A stretch of 64,000 nt of DNA from an uncultured SAR86 cluster bacterium (GCA_902528875.1 CABZTX010000001.1:51865-115864), one strand, 5' to 3'. Shown: positions 47,082-55,816, counted from the first letter of the stretch. Numbers and translations are program-made. The notes: generated from the sequence alone by a model not told the origin.

Positions 47082-47106
47082 ATTATATCAGGAATAAATT
47101 TATTCC
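47082..47106 (-). promoter_or_regulatory. 16-bp perfect palindrome abutting an extended -10 (TGATATAAT), 10 nt upstream of the MFS ATG
   Basis: Minus strand reads GGAATAAATTTATTCC-TGATATAAT-TTTATACTAA-ATG. The palindrome could be the doxX terminator hairpin, an operator, or both. Spacing implies a very short or absent 5' UTR. Confidence 0.3.
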
Positions 47107-47131
47107 AAGTCAATGTTCATCTCTCCCTGTG

Positions 47132-47491
47132 CTATTTATTATACTCTGGTAGCGTTACAGTGTATGCCCAATAGAAAAATATAAATTGCAGTGCTAAACG
47201 AAAATAAAGAAGACTAATAGAGTATTCTGGAAATAACTCTGGGTTTAAAGCCATATAAATATTTGCTGGATATACTGAAATTAATAATGCTAATAGTCCC
47301 CATCCAGCAAGTTTTCGTAGTCTTGCAACTAGAACGCCGAAACCTCCAATAATTTCAAAAAAACCACTTACATAAACAGCCTCATCATGAAATGGAAACG
47401 ATTCAGGCATTATAGATAGATAAAATTCAGGATTTACAAAATGGTCAATACCAAAATATATAAAAAAGGTGGCCAATCCTAAGGTGACCAT
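47132..47491 (-). CDS. DoxX-family membrane protein
   Basis: 119 aa, 4 predicted TM. Pattern GFFEIIGGFGVL typical of DoxX. Confidence 0.65.
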   Translation of the reverse strand: MVTLGLATFFIYFGIDHFVNPEFYLSIMPESFPFHDEAVYVSGFFEIIGGFGVLVARLRKLAGWGLLALLISVYPANIYMALNPELFPEYSISLLYFRLALQFIFFYWAYTVTLPEYNK

Positions 47492-47580
47492 TTTTTTTTA
47501 AAATGCCTTGAGGTAGACTAAAAATTTCAAAAAAATTATTCATTATTTATAATCATTAGGCTTTCTGCTACTAGGATAGA

Positions 47581-48816
47581 TCAAATTTTTTCAGACTCTT
47601 GAATTTGACTTGCCAAAACCATCGCAATTAGAGCAAAACATCCCATTATATTGAAAGCTACAAAGTATGTATCTTGAAAACCTATTAGAATGCTTGTTAT
47701 CAAAACTCCAATTGGTTGGAGTGGTGAAACAATTGGAGATGATATGCCTCTGGCTTTCCCAAGATTATGCGCTCCAAAAGTTTTTAAGAAGCATGCAGTC
47801 ATAAGAGGCATTGCACCTCCAAAACCCAAACCAAATATAAATGCACTTAAAAGGAATATGCTTGACTCACTGAAATAAGTTAGTCCAAAGATTCCAATTG
47901 CTTGGAGGAACATCGCTATCATTGAAGGATATGCAGCTTTCATAATATCAATAAGATATCCAAATATTATTTTTCCAAGAACCCCACCAAAGGCAGATAA
48001 TGCATATGCAAAAACATATTGTTTGACTGGTAGGCCAAAAAGAATCCAAGTTTTATCTAGCCCCATTTTACTAGCATGTATTGGTAAGAATGAAAGTACG
48101 CCCATCATGGATAGAAATTGAAATGCAAATGCTAAAGAAATTATCCAAAAAACTTTTTTTGATAAAAGATCTTTTGCAGTCATCTCCTGAGAAAAAGATT
48201 CTTCTTCGTACTCTTTTTCAATACCATCTTTAACTTGATTTACAGTCTTTGGTTCATCAATCACAGTAAAAAAAATAACAGGTAAAATAATGAAAAGAAT
48301 TACAGAGGCAAAAATTACATAAACATTTCTCCAACCCACTAAGTCAAGAAGAGGATCAACAACCAAAGGAAGTACAACTCCTGAAAAAGAAATACCTACT
48401 GCTGAGATACCTAACGCTCTACCAGCATTTTTATCAAACCAATTTGAGATTAATTTAGATACAGCTAAATTTCCCATCATAATAGATCCAAGAGCAAGAA
48501 TGGTCAGATAAATCGTTAAAAGCGACCAATAAGAATTAATGAAACTTAATGAGAAAAGTCCTGCGGCATAAATTATAGCTCCAATCATCATAAAATTTTT
48601 GACAGAGTACTTATCAAGGGCGCGACCAATGATAATTGCCAAAATTGCCACAGGAATAAAATAGAATGCGGTAACCATTCCGAGCTGACTTTCTGTCATG
48701 CCTAGTTCTGATATCAGGTAAGGCCAGAAGATAGGGAAGCTATAAAAAAGGAAACCTATAACAGTGAATTCAACGGCAAGACCGGTAAATACCATTCTCC
48801 AACCGAAAAACTTCAT
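47581..48816 (-). CDS. MFS transporter
   Basis: 411 aa, about 12 TM. GRALDKYSVKN loop motif. Confidence 0.85.
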   Translation of the reverse strand: MKFFGWRMVFTGLAVEFTVIGFLFYSFPIFWPYLISELGMTESQLGMVTAFYFIPVAILAIIIGRALDKYSVKNFMMIGAIIYAAGLFSLSFINSYWSLLTIYLTILALGSIMMGNLAVSKLISNWFDKNAGRALGISAVGISFSGVVLPLVVDPLLDLVGWRNVYVIFASVILFIILPVIFFTVIDEPKTVNQVKDGIEKEYEEESFSQEMTAKDLLSKKVFWIISLAFAFQFLSMMGVLSFLPIHASKMGLDKTWILFGLPVKQYVFAYALSAFGGVLGKIIFGYLIDIMKAAYPSMIAMFLQAIGIFGLTYFSESSIFLLSAFIFGLGFGGAMPLMTACFLKTFGAHNLGKARGISSPIVSPLQPIGVLITSILIGFQDTYFVAFNIMGCFALIAMVLASQIQESEKI

Positions 48817-48823
48817 CTTTTAG

Positions 48824-48846
48824 TTACTCCCACTCAATAGTCGCAG
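48824..48846 (-). repeat. guaA 3'-end remnant 1 (att-like direct repeat)
   Basis: Plus strand TTACTCCCACTCAATAGTCGCAG; minus strand encodes T-A-T-I-E-W-E-stop, 8 nt after the start codon of the MFS gene. Confidence 0.7.
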
Positions 48847-49096
48847 TTTTATAAGCCATTATGTAGCAATGGTTTGCGAGGGGCAAATCTGTCTTTACAA
48901 CATTTCTTACTGTTTGAAATGCCCTCCTCAAAAAACACCATTACATGTAATTAAAAATGATTCAGTGTTGTGTTTAGCTAGCAATCTGCGACTTGCTTTT
49001 GTTTTAGTTGGTGTTGCATGAAAAGAGTTAGTTATTTAATCAGAAGGGTGGTAAGAGAACTTACCAAAGTACATTATAAAAAATACGAGAATTTGT

Positions 49097-49909
49097 TTAT
49101 AGAGATTGTTGTATTTTTTGATATAACACCATCATACCCTCATAGCGGTTTTCGTTAACAAACTTGTTTATCATTTCATCTGATAAAGAGGTTAAAGAAC
49201 CGTCATTATTAACCAGCATAGAGACATATTTATGCTCAGCCATCAATCTAAAAATTTCTAAGAAGTTTGGGTTAAATTCGTTATTCGGCATAAATTCTCT
49301 ACAAGGAATCTCAATAAGAAAAGTAGAATTGGTACTGGCTATTGTTTTCTCTAAACCTTGCAAAACTTGAAATTCGGATGCCTCACAATCTATTAAAAAC
49401 AAAGCCCCATTTTCATCATCTATTAATGATGCAACTATATTATCTCCTTTAACTAATTGAACCGATTCGTTAAAAGTTGTTTGGCTATTCCAGCCACTTA
49501 TTAAACTACCGCCAGTTGAACCACCATAAAAGTCAACTAACTTAAAAGTATTCCCTACGGCAAGATGTAAACATATTATCTTGTTTGAAAAATTATTCTC
49601 ATAAACATTTTTTGTAAGGACTATATAATTTTCGCTAAGCGCTTCTACAGCAAGAATAGTATCGAATTGTGATGCCAGCCTTATGGGGTAATAACCAGTG
49701 TTAGCTCCAAAATTAACAAACGTTTTGTGATGTGAAGAGAGTTTTTGAAGCACAGATAATATATGTTGCTCATAGTCTTCGCTCTGCACACCATAATAAA
49801 CTGTTCCGTCAGAAAAAATTTTTCTATGCTTTGAGCTTCTCAGTAGTAGATGATTTCTCCAAATTTGGGCAATTTTGCTAGGTACTAATTTTTTAATTTT
49901 ATTTTTCAT
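49097..49909 (-). CDS. FkbM-family methyltransferase
   Basis: 270 aa. FVNFGANTGYYPIRLA (motif I), ILAVEALSENY, LIDCEASEFQVLQG (the K-x-D-x-E-G-x-E equivalent). Confidence 0.7.
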   Translation of the reverse strand: MKNKIKKLVPSKIAQIWRNHLLLRSSKHRKIFSDGTVYYGVQSEDYEQHILSVLQKLSSHHKTFVNFGANTGYYPIRLASQFDTILAVEALSENYIVLTKNVYENNFSNKIICLHLAVGNTFKLVDFYGGSTGGSLISGWNSQTTFNESVQLVKGDNIVASLIDDENGALFLIDCEASEFQVLQGLEKTIASTNSTFLIEIPCREFMPNNEFNPNFLEIFRLMAEHKYVSMLVNNDGSLTSLSDEMINKFVNENRYEGMMVLYQKIQQSL

Positions 49910-50015
49910 ACAAATGCCAAAGATAAATATTTTTCAATTTCAGTATTAGCATAGCATTTCAACAATGTTTACAACAAGGGAAACAGCTTAGCAATGGGGG
50001 GTATAGGGCGTGTTA

Positions 50016-50038
50016 TTACTCCCACTCAATAGTTGCAC
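50016..50038 (-). repeat. guaA 3'-end remnant 2 (att-like direct repeat)
   Basis: TTACTCCCACTCAATAGTTGCAC; minus strand encodes ..V-S-E-V-V-Y-C-A-T-I-E-W-E-stop (resident GuaA ends [19 protein letters not shown]). Confidence 0.7.
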
Positions 50039-50122
50039 AATACACCACCTCTGAAACCCCTACTATGACTGTGTTTCCGAGTGCCTTTTTTATGTTTTTC
50101 GACTTTGTCAAACTTTGATACA

Positions 50123-50515
50123 TCAATATTTATAACCATTAATTTTTTGATAAAGGTAATTCCTAATTTCTTTATATATAATTAAATCCTCACTTGAAAC
50201 CTCAGAATCATCTATGGGTGGTTCATCTCCATGAGGTCCACCACCTGGACATAATTCAAACTCATTTAGATGCGACTTAAATTTTAAATGCAACCTTATA
50301 TCCTGCTGAACTTCTGAAATTTCTTCGTACTTAAGAGTTACGACAACCTTTCCTGATAAGTTAGTATTTATTTTGTCTTTTTGCTCTCTCACTATAAGAC
50401 GAGTTTCGTATATTTCTAACAGTAACCATTTAGGAAAAATTTTAAAAAAACCTTTTTTTGTAATTCCATATGCATCAAGACACTTAAGTGAATATAATAA
50501 ATTTTCATCATTCAT
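50123..50515 (-). CDS. Hypothetical protein (130 aa), island cargo
   Basis: ATG 50515 (MNDENLLYSL). The track's TTG 50530 start lies inside remnant 3. No motif recognised. Confidence 0.5.
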   Translation of the reverse strand: MNDENLLYSLKCLDAYGITKKGFFKIFPKWLLLEIYETRLIVREQKDKINTNLSGKVVVTLKYEEISEVQQDIRLHLKFKSHLNEFELCPGGGPHGDEPPIDDSEVSSEDLIIYKEIRNYLYQKINGYKY

Positions 50516-50516
50516 T

Positions 50517-50534
50517 TCATTCCCACTCAATAGA
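50517..50534 (-). repeat. guaA 3'-end remnant 3 (att-like direct repeat)
   Basis: TCATTCCCACTCAATAGA; minus strand encodes S-I-E-W-E-stop, with the stop 1 nt upstream of the ATG of the 130-aa ORF. Confidence 0.7.
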
Positions 50535-50617
50535 AGAATGTCTCTGAAACCCTTGTATAGATATTGTTTCAGAATAGTGTGTCACATTTGTGTCATACGA
50601 ACTATTTATATGCCCTT

Positions 50618-51223
50618 TCATAAACTTCTCGCAAATTTCCTTACTTTTTGCATGTTCTTTTCAAAGTCAACTTTTTTCATATTAGGAAGTACTGAATAAA
50701 ATCTTAAATACTTTGTCTTTAATCCTCCAGATTGAAATATTGATTTTTTCAATCTTCTGTATGGAATATTATCAAAGAAAGAAAAGTTAAAATAACTAAC
50801 CATTGGTCCACCATAAGTCATTGAAACAATCCCAATTTTACCCTTCAATGCTCCAGCAACTGGATATCCATAATTGCCAAAAAACTTGCTATCAGGTAAA
50901 AGTGATTTATAAGTGAAAAACCATGTGGGATGAAGGACCCAATCAATCCAGTTTTCTAGAATTACATTCATTCTTAGATTATGACAAGCACTCATTAAAA
51001 ACATTACATCAGCATTTTCAAGTCTTTTTCTGTAATCCATCACCAATTGTGGGGGAGGATTAATATCACTTCTGTAAAAAGGAAGTTGTTCTTTTTCTTC
51101 AAAAAGGTTAATCAAATCAATTTCATGTCCAACTTTTTCTGCTTCTTCAATGAAAGTATCTCTTACAGCAGCATTAAATGAATCTTTGGTATTAAAGTGA
51201 CCATAAATAATGCATATTTTCAT
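50618..51223 (-). CDS. Flavodoxin-like-fold NAD(P)H dehydrogenase (quinone) family protein
   Basis: 201 aa. MKICIIYGHFNTKDSFNAAV start and DVMFLMS pattern typical of the NQO/KefF-type Flavodoxin_2 family. Confidence 0.65.
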   Translation of the reverse strand: MKICIIYGHFNTKDSFNAAVRDTFIEEAEKVGHEIDLINLFEEKEQLPFYRSDINPPPQLVMDYRKRLENADVMFLMSACHNLRMNVILENWIDWVLHPTWFFTYKSLLPDSKFFGNYGYPVAGALKGKIGIVSMTYGGPMVSYFNFSFFDNIPYRRLKKSIFQSGGLKTKYLRFYSVLPNMKKVDFEKNMQKVRKFARSL

Positions 51224-51337
51224 TTTGTTATCTCTTCTTAATAAGAATAAAGTAATAACAGTCTATCATTTCTCGTTTATGAAAGTTAAACATGTTTACA
51301 CATTAAATTTGTTATAGGATTTAGGAATGGAATTTTA

Positions 51338-51856
51338 TTAGTTTAAGAACCAATCTGATTTATATCTTGTTCGTGGATTATCTTTAAAGTAGAAGAATCC
51401 TTCTTCAGTAAGATGAAATTCTTTATAACAATTCAATTTTCTGCCAGCAAATTCATTCTCCGCAGCAAACACTACCATAAAAAAAAGAGTATCAAGTTCA
51501 GTAAAGTCCTCAGCATTAAATGTATATCCATCTCCGTTACAGTTCAGAACTTCATCACCAAAGATTCTACCAAAGGCATATATATTGTTCTTACCATCAA
51601 CTAAATCAAAAACTTGAACTTCCTGATCTCTCATATACCTCTCTGTGTTATTTACTCTTACAAATTGCCATAAACCATCTTGTGTATTAGAGAATACAAA
51701 TATTTTTTCTTTTCTTAATTCAGGATCTTCAAGTTGATCAAGAATTATTTGACCATTACCCTCTTTCTCAATATCACTCTCTAATAACAGTCCATACTCT
51801 AATGTTGTGCAGGAAAACAAAAAAATAGTAATAAATAGTGAATATACATATTTCAT
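51338..51856 (-). CDS. Putative lipoprotein, tandem paralog B
   Basis: Lipobox-like FLFSC. Shares KIFVFSN, QVFDLVDGKN, YTFNAEDF and CYKEF with the upstream gene. ATG 51856 preferred over TTG 51865. Confidence 0.6.
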   Translation of the reverse strand: MKYVYSLFITIFLFSCTTLEYGLLLESDIEKEGNGQIILDQLEDPELRKEKIFVFSNTQDGLWQFVRVNNTERYMRDQEVQVFDLVDGKNNIYAFGRIFGDEVLNCNGDGYTFNAEDFTELDTLFFMVVFAAENEFAGRKLNCYKEFHLTEEGFFYFKDNPRTRYKSDWFLN

Positions 51857-51861
51857 AATGC

Positions 51862-52368
51862 TCAAAATATTAAACTTTGAAAAAAACTTTTACTTAAGTC
51901 CTCCAAAAATTCACTACCACCGTTTCTTGGATTATTTATTTGTTTAATGAATGCCTTCTCATTTACTTCAAAATCTTTGAAACATGTGAATGTAAAAATA
52001 GCGCCATCAAACCCTTGCTGAATTACAAAATAGTAAGTCTCAACCTCAGGAAACATCTCTGTATTAAAAGTATATGGTTGCTTATCACAATTACTGGACT
52101 CACCTGTTGAAACTCTCCCTAAGTTTCTGACACTATTTTGCCCATCTTTCAAATCAAAAATTTGAATTTCTGTATGTTTTATTTTTCGCACTTCTCCATT
52201 AACTCTAATATTCATTGGAATAGGATCCATATGATTAGAAAAAACAAATATTTTTCCTTTTTTTAATTCAGAATCAAAAAGTTCTGGAATTACTTGTCTT
52301 TGATCAACAACAGTAGTTGCGCATGATGATATTAAAAAAAAGGTTAAGATCAATCTTATGTTATTCAA
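51862..52368 (-). CDS. Putative lipoprotein, tandem paralog A
   Basis: 168 aa. Signal peptide plus lipobox LISSC. KIFVFSN, QIFDLKDGQN, YTFNTEMF, CFKDF. Confidence 0.6.
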   Translation of the reverse strand: MNNIRLILTFFLISSCATTVVDQRQVIPELFDSELKKGKIFVFSNHMDPIPMNIRVNGEVRKIKHTEIQIFDLKDGQNSVRNLGRVSTGESSNCDKQPYTFNTEMFPEVETYYFVIQQGFDGAIFTFTCFKDFEVNEKAFIKQINNPRNGGSEFLEDLSKSFFQSLIF

Positions 52369-52474
52369 TTTAATTTCCTGTGAAAGTAGTTTGTAAGAAT
52401 GTTTTATTATTGCAAAAAATTCTTATTAGAAAAACAGTAATTTTATTAAAAAAATATACAAAAAATTTATATAC

Positions 52475-54040
52475 TCATTCCCACTCTATTGTTGCAGGAG
52501 GCTTGTTTGAAATGTCATAGACCACTCTACTAACATCTTCTATCTCATTAACTATTCTATTCGATACAAGTTCTAGAAAATCGTAAGGTAGGTGCGCCCA
52601 CTTAGCAGTCATAAAATCTACAGTTTCGACAGCTCTTAAACCAATTACCTCTGCATATCGTCTTTCATCACCAACAACTCCAACTGATTTAACTGGCAAA
52701 AGGACTGCAAAAGCTTGGGAGACTTGATCATACAAATCAGCCTTGATTAGTTCTTCAATAAATATATGATCTGCTTCTTGAAGAATAAGAGTTTTATTTT
52801 TTGTAACTTCTCCCAAAATCCTTACACCAAGACCTGGACCTGGAAATGGATGCCTATTTATTATTTCTTTAGGTAAACCTAATTCAATTCCCATTCTTCT
52901 TACTTCATCCTTGAATAAGTCTCTTAGTGGTTCTACTAAATCTAATTTCATCTCTTCTGGAAGGCCTCCAACATTATGATGTGATTTAATAACTCGTGCC
53001 TCATTGGATTCCGAACCTGATGACTCAATTACATCTGGATAAATAGTTCCCTGAGCAAGATATTTAATATCTTTTAATTTTGCTGCTTCAGAATCAAAAA
53101 CATCTATAAATGTTCTGCCAATAATCTTTCTTTTTTGCTCAGGATCTGTTTCACCTTTTAGATGTCTTAAAAAAATATCAGCACTCTCAGATTTAATAAC
53201 ATTCAAATTCATATTATCTTTAAATGTCTTCATAACAGAGTTAGCTTCTCCTTTTCTAAGTAACCCATTATTTACAAAGACACATATAAGATTGTTATCA
53301 ATAGCTTTATGAAGTAGTGTCGCCGTTACAGAAGAGTCAACGCCTCCTGAGAGGCCTAATAAAACTTTTTCATTACCAACTTGTTTTTTGATGTCATCTA
53401 ATCTACTTGAAATAAGATCATCCATCTTCCAATCAGTTTTAGCATTGCATATATCAAATAAAAAATTTCTAAGAATATCTTTACCGTTTTCTGTATGTGT
53501 TACTTCTGGATGGAATTGAATACCATAAATAGGAAGGCTATTGTGCTCCATGGCTGCAATAGGCGATGTTGATGTAGACGCAGCTAAATTAAAATCCTCT
53601 GGCAAGTCTTGAACTTGGTCACCATGACTCATCCAAACATTAATATTCTTATTTAAATTATGAAATAATTTTGACTCATTCATTACTTCGAGCTCTGCGT
53701 GTCCAAATTCTTTTTGATCTGCAGATATCACTGAGCCTCCCATTTGCTCAGCCAAAGTTTGCATGCCATAACAAATACCAAGCACAGGTATATGTAAATC
53801 AAATACTATTTTAGGTGCTCGTGGTGTATAACTTTTTGTAACTGAATTTGGTCCACCGGATAAAATAATTCCAACTGGTTTTACCTCTTTTATTTTATCC
53901 TCTGAAATATCCCATGGTAGTATCTCTGAATATACATCATTTTCTCTTACTCTTCTGGCTATAAGTTGGGTATATTGTGATCCAAAATCTAAAACAAGAA
54001 TAGTATCTATTTTTTTATCAGTTACTGAGAGTTTGGTCAT
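52475..54040 (-). CDS. guaA: GMP synthase (glutamine-hydrolysing)
   Basis: 521 aa. GATase domain (GICYGMQ, HPE), [12 protein letters not shown]-loop, C-terminal KPPATIEWE. Confidence 0.97.
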   Translation of the reverse strand: MTKLSVTDKKIDTILVLDFGSQYTQLIARRVRENDVYSEILPWDISEDKIKEVKPVGIILSGGPNSVTKSYTPRAPKIVFDLHIPVLGICYGMQTLAEQMGGSVISADQKEFGHAELEVMNESKLFHNLNKNINVWMSHGDQVQDLPEDFNLAASTSTSPIAAMEHNSLPIYGIQFHPEVTHTENGKDILRNFLFDICNAKTDWKMDDLISSRLDDIKKQVGNEKVLLGLSGGVDSSVTATLLHKAIDNNLICVFVNNGLLRKGEANSVMKTFKDNMNLNVIKSESADIFLRHLKGETDPEQKRKIIGRTFIDVFDSEAAKLKDIKYLAQGTIYPDVIESSGSESNEARVIKSHHNVGGLPEEMKLDLVEPLRDLFKDEVRRMGIELGLPKEIINRHPFPGPGLGVRILGEVTKNKTLILQEADHIFIEELIKADLYDQVSQAFAVLLPVKSVGVVGDERRYAEVIGLRAVETVDFMTAKWAHLPYDFLELVSNRIVNEIEDVSRVVYDISNKPPATIEWE

Positions 54041-54044
54041 TTCT

Positions 54045-55508
54045 CTAGCTTCTTTGGTAGTTTGGAGCCTCTTTTGTAATCATAACATCATGGACGTGAC
54101 TCTCAGTCATACCGGCATTAGTAATTTCTATAAACTCGCTATTTTTTTGCATTTCGTCTATAGTTTTACATCCAATATATCCCATACTCTGCCTTAAACC
54201 ACCAATAAGCTGATCAATAACTTTTATAACTAAACCCTTATAAGCTACACGTCCCTCAATACCCTCTGGTACTAATTTATCTGCATCAATATCTTCTTGC
54301 AAATATCTGTTTGCATCTTGTCTTTCTGTCATTGCTCCAATTGAACCCATTCCTCTATAAGTTTTGAAACTTCTTCCTTGAAAAAGCTCAACTTCTCCTG
54401 GAGCTTCTTCAGTTCCTGCAAACAATCCACCCAGCATAACTGAATCAGCACCAGCAGCGATAGCTTTTGCAATATCTCCTGAGAATCTAATACCTCCATC
54501 AGCAATTATTGGTATATTGCTATCCTTAAGAACACTTTTTATATCAAGGATTGCTGATATTTGAGGAACACCAATACCGGCAATTATTCTAGTAGTACAA
54601 ATTGATCCAGGACCCATACCAACCTTAACTGCATCAGCTCCTGCTTTTACTAGTTCTGAAGCACCCTCTGATGTAGCAACATTTCCAGCAATGATATCAA
54701 TTTTTTCAAATTGATCTTTTATAAGTTTAATTGTTTCAAGAACATTTTTTGAATGACCGTGGGCACTGTCAATTACAAAAACATCTACTCCAGCTTCAGC
54801 TATAGCTTTAGCACGCTCAAGAGTCTCTTTTCCTGTTCCAAGAGCGGCACCCACCATCAGTCTTCCTGAAATATCTTTTGTGGCATTTGGATGTTGGGCA
54901 GCCTTTTCAATGTCCTTCATCGTAACCAATCCAGTTAATGTACCAGTGTCATCAAGTACTAAAATTTTTTCTATTCTATTTTCATACATTAATTTTTTGA
55001 CTTCTTTTTGAGGTGTTCCCTCTTGAACAGTTACCAAATTTTCTAAGGGGGTCATAATTGATGAAACTTTAGATTCCATATCATCTGCGTATCTAAAATC
55101 TCGACTTGTTACAATTCCTTTTAACACACCATTATCAATAACTGGCATACCTGAAATACTCAGCTCGGTAGTCAACTGTTTAAGCTCTCCAATTGTTTTG
55201 TTTGAATCAATAGTCAAAGGATCTCTGACTATCCCGCTCTCATATTTTTTAACTGCTCTCACAAGCTGAGCCTGTTCATCTATTGAATTATTTTTATGAA
55301 TTACACCGAGACCACCTGCTTCTGCAAGCGCAATACCCATTTTTGATTCTGTCACAGTATCCATGGCAGCAGAAATTAAAGGTGTTTTAATAGTAATGTT
55401 TTTAGTAAGCTTTGTTTCGGTTACAGCTTCACTGGGAACAAAATCACTATAACGCGGTAAAAGAAGCACGTCATCAAATGTTAAGGCTTTTGATTTTACT
55501 TTATCCAT
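54045..55508 (-). CDS. guaB: IMP dehydrogenase
   Basis: 487 aa. [13 protein letters not shown] pair, [24 protein letters not shown]. Confidence 0.97.
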   Translation of the reverse strand: MDKVKSKALTFDDVLLLPRYSDFVPSEAVTETKLTKNITIKTPLISAAMDTVTESKMGIALAEAGGLGVIHKNNSIDEQAQLVRAVKKYESGIVRDPLTIDSNKTIGELKQLTTELSISGMPVIDNGVLKGIVTSRDFRYADDMESKVSSIMTPLENLVTVQEGTPQKEVKKLMYENRIEKILVLDDTGTLTGLVTMKDIEKAAQHPNATKDISGRLMVGAALGTGKETLERAKAIAEAGVDVFVIDSAHGHSKNVLETIKLIKDQFEKIDIIAGNVATSEGASELVKAGADAVKVGMGPGSICTTRIIAGIGVPQISAILDIKSVLKDSNIPIIADGGIRFSGDIAKAIAAGADSVMLGGLFAGTEEAPGEVELFQGRSFKTYRGMGSIGAMTERQDANRYLQEDIDADKLVPEGIEGRVAYKGLVIKVIDQLIGGLRQSMGYIGCKTIDEMQKNSEFIEITNAGMTESHVHDVMITKEAPNYQRS

Positions 55509-55567
55509 GTTGGATTATAGCAATTCTTAAATGAAAAAAAAATCACTAAACTAAATAAAAACTTGCT

Positions 55568-55795
55568 TTAAAAAATTAAACCTAAAATATAAATTATTGT
55601 GAGTCCAGCATTAAGAATTATTAAAGTTTGCTCTCTCCATAATATACCAACAAGAACCCAAAGCGTATTCGCAGATATAAATGCCCAATGATGATATTCC
55701 AGCTCAGGCACAAAACTTGCCAGAGCAGCAGCTAATATGAGTATGGTTGTAGCAATCCAAGCCAAGAATTGATAAGGCTTTTCATTTTGTTTCAT
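55568..55795 (-). CDS. Small hypothetical membrane protein (75 aa, 2-3 TM)
   Basis: Hydrophobic segments FLAWIATTILILAAALASF, WAFISANTLWVLVGILW and LIILNAGLTIIYILGLIF. No family recognised. Confidence 0.5.
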   Translation of the reverse strand: MKQNEKPYQFLAWIATTILILAAALASFVPELEYHHWAFISANTLWVLVGILWREQTLIILNAGLTIIYILGLIF

Positions 55796-55816
55796 AATTC
55801 AGAATAATTTCTATAT

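Larger units (their letters stand above)
48824..52477 (-). mobile_element. Putative flexible island: tandem array of three integrase-less cargo segments bounded by direct repeats of the guaA 3' terminus
   Basis: Four same-orientation copies of the ..IEWE-stop coding end (52475 resident; 50517, 50016 and 48824 displaced). See the repeat features and findings. Confidence 0.55.

Noticed and set aside
48911-48921. The 11-mer TGTTTGAAATG is shared between 48911 (near remnant 1) and 52504 (inside the guaA 3' end)
   Set aside because: Its distance from the stop differs (87 nt versus 29 nt) and is out of frame by 1 nt, and the flanking sequence does not align. I do not use it as evidence that remnant 1 is an extended guaA fragment.
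48864-49997. Recurring TAGCAATGG (48864 and 49989) and TAGCAAT (48979) near remnants 1 and 2
   Set aside because: The copies lie on opposite sides of, and at different distances from, the IEWE-stop cores, so the geometry is inconsistent. They could be chance. I note them but do not interpret them as arm-type binding sites.
48817-52474. Search for an integrase, excisionase, transposase, tRNA or tmRNA in the guaA-proximal island
   Set aside because: None of the five ORFs shows recombinase motifs (no R..HxxR..Y pattern and no DDE). No tRNA-like cloverleaf or T-loop GGTTCGAATCC-type sequence is present. The island is therefore called recombinase-less rather than a complete mobile element.
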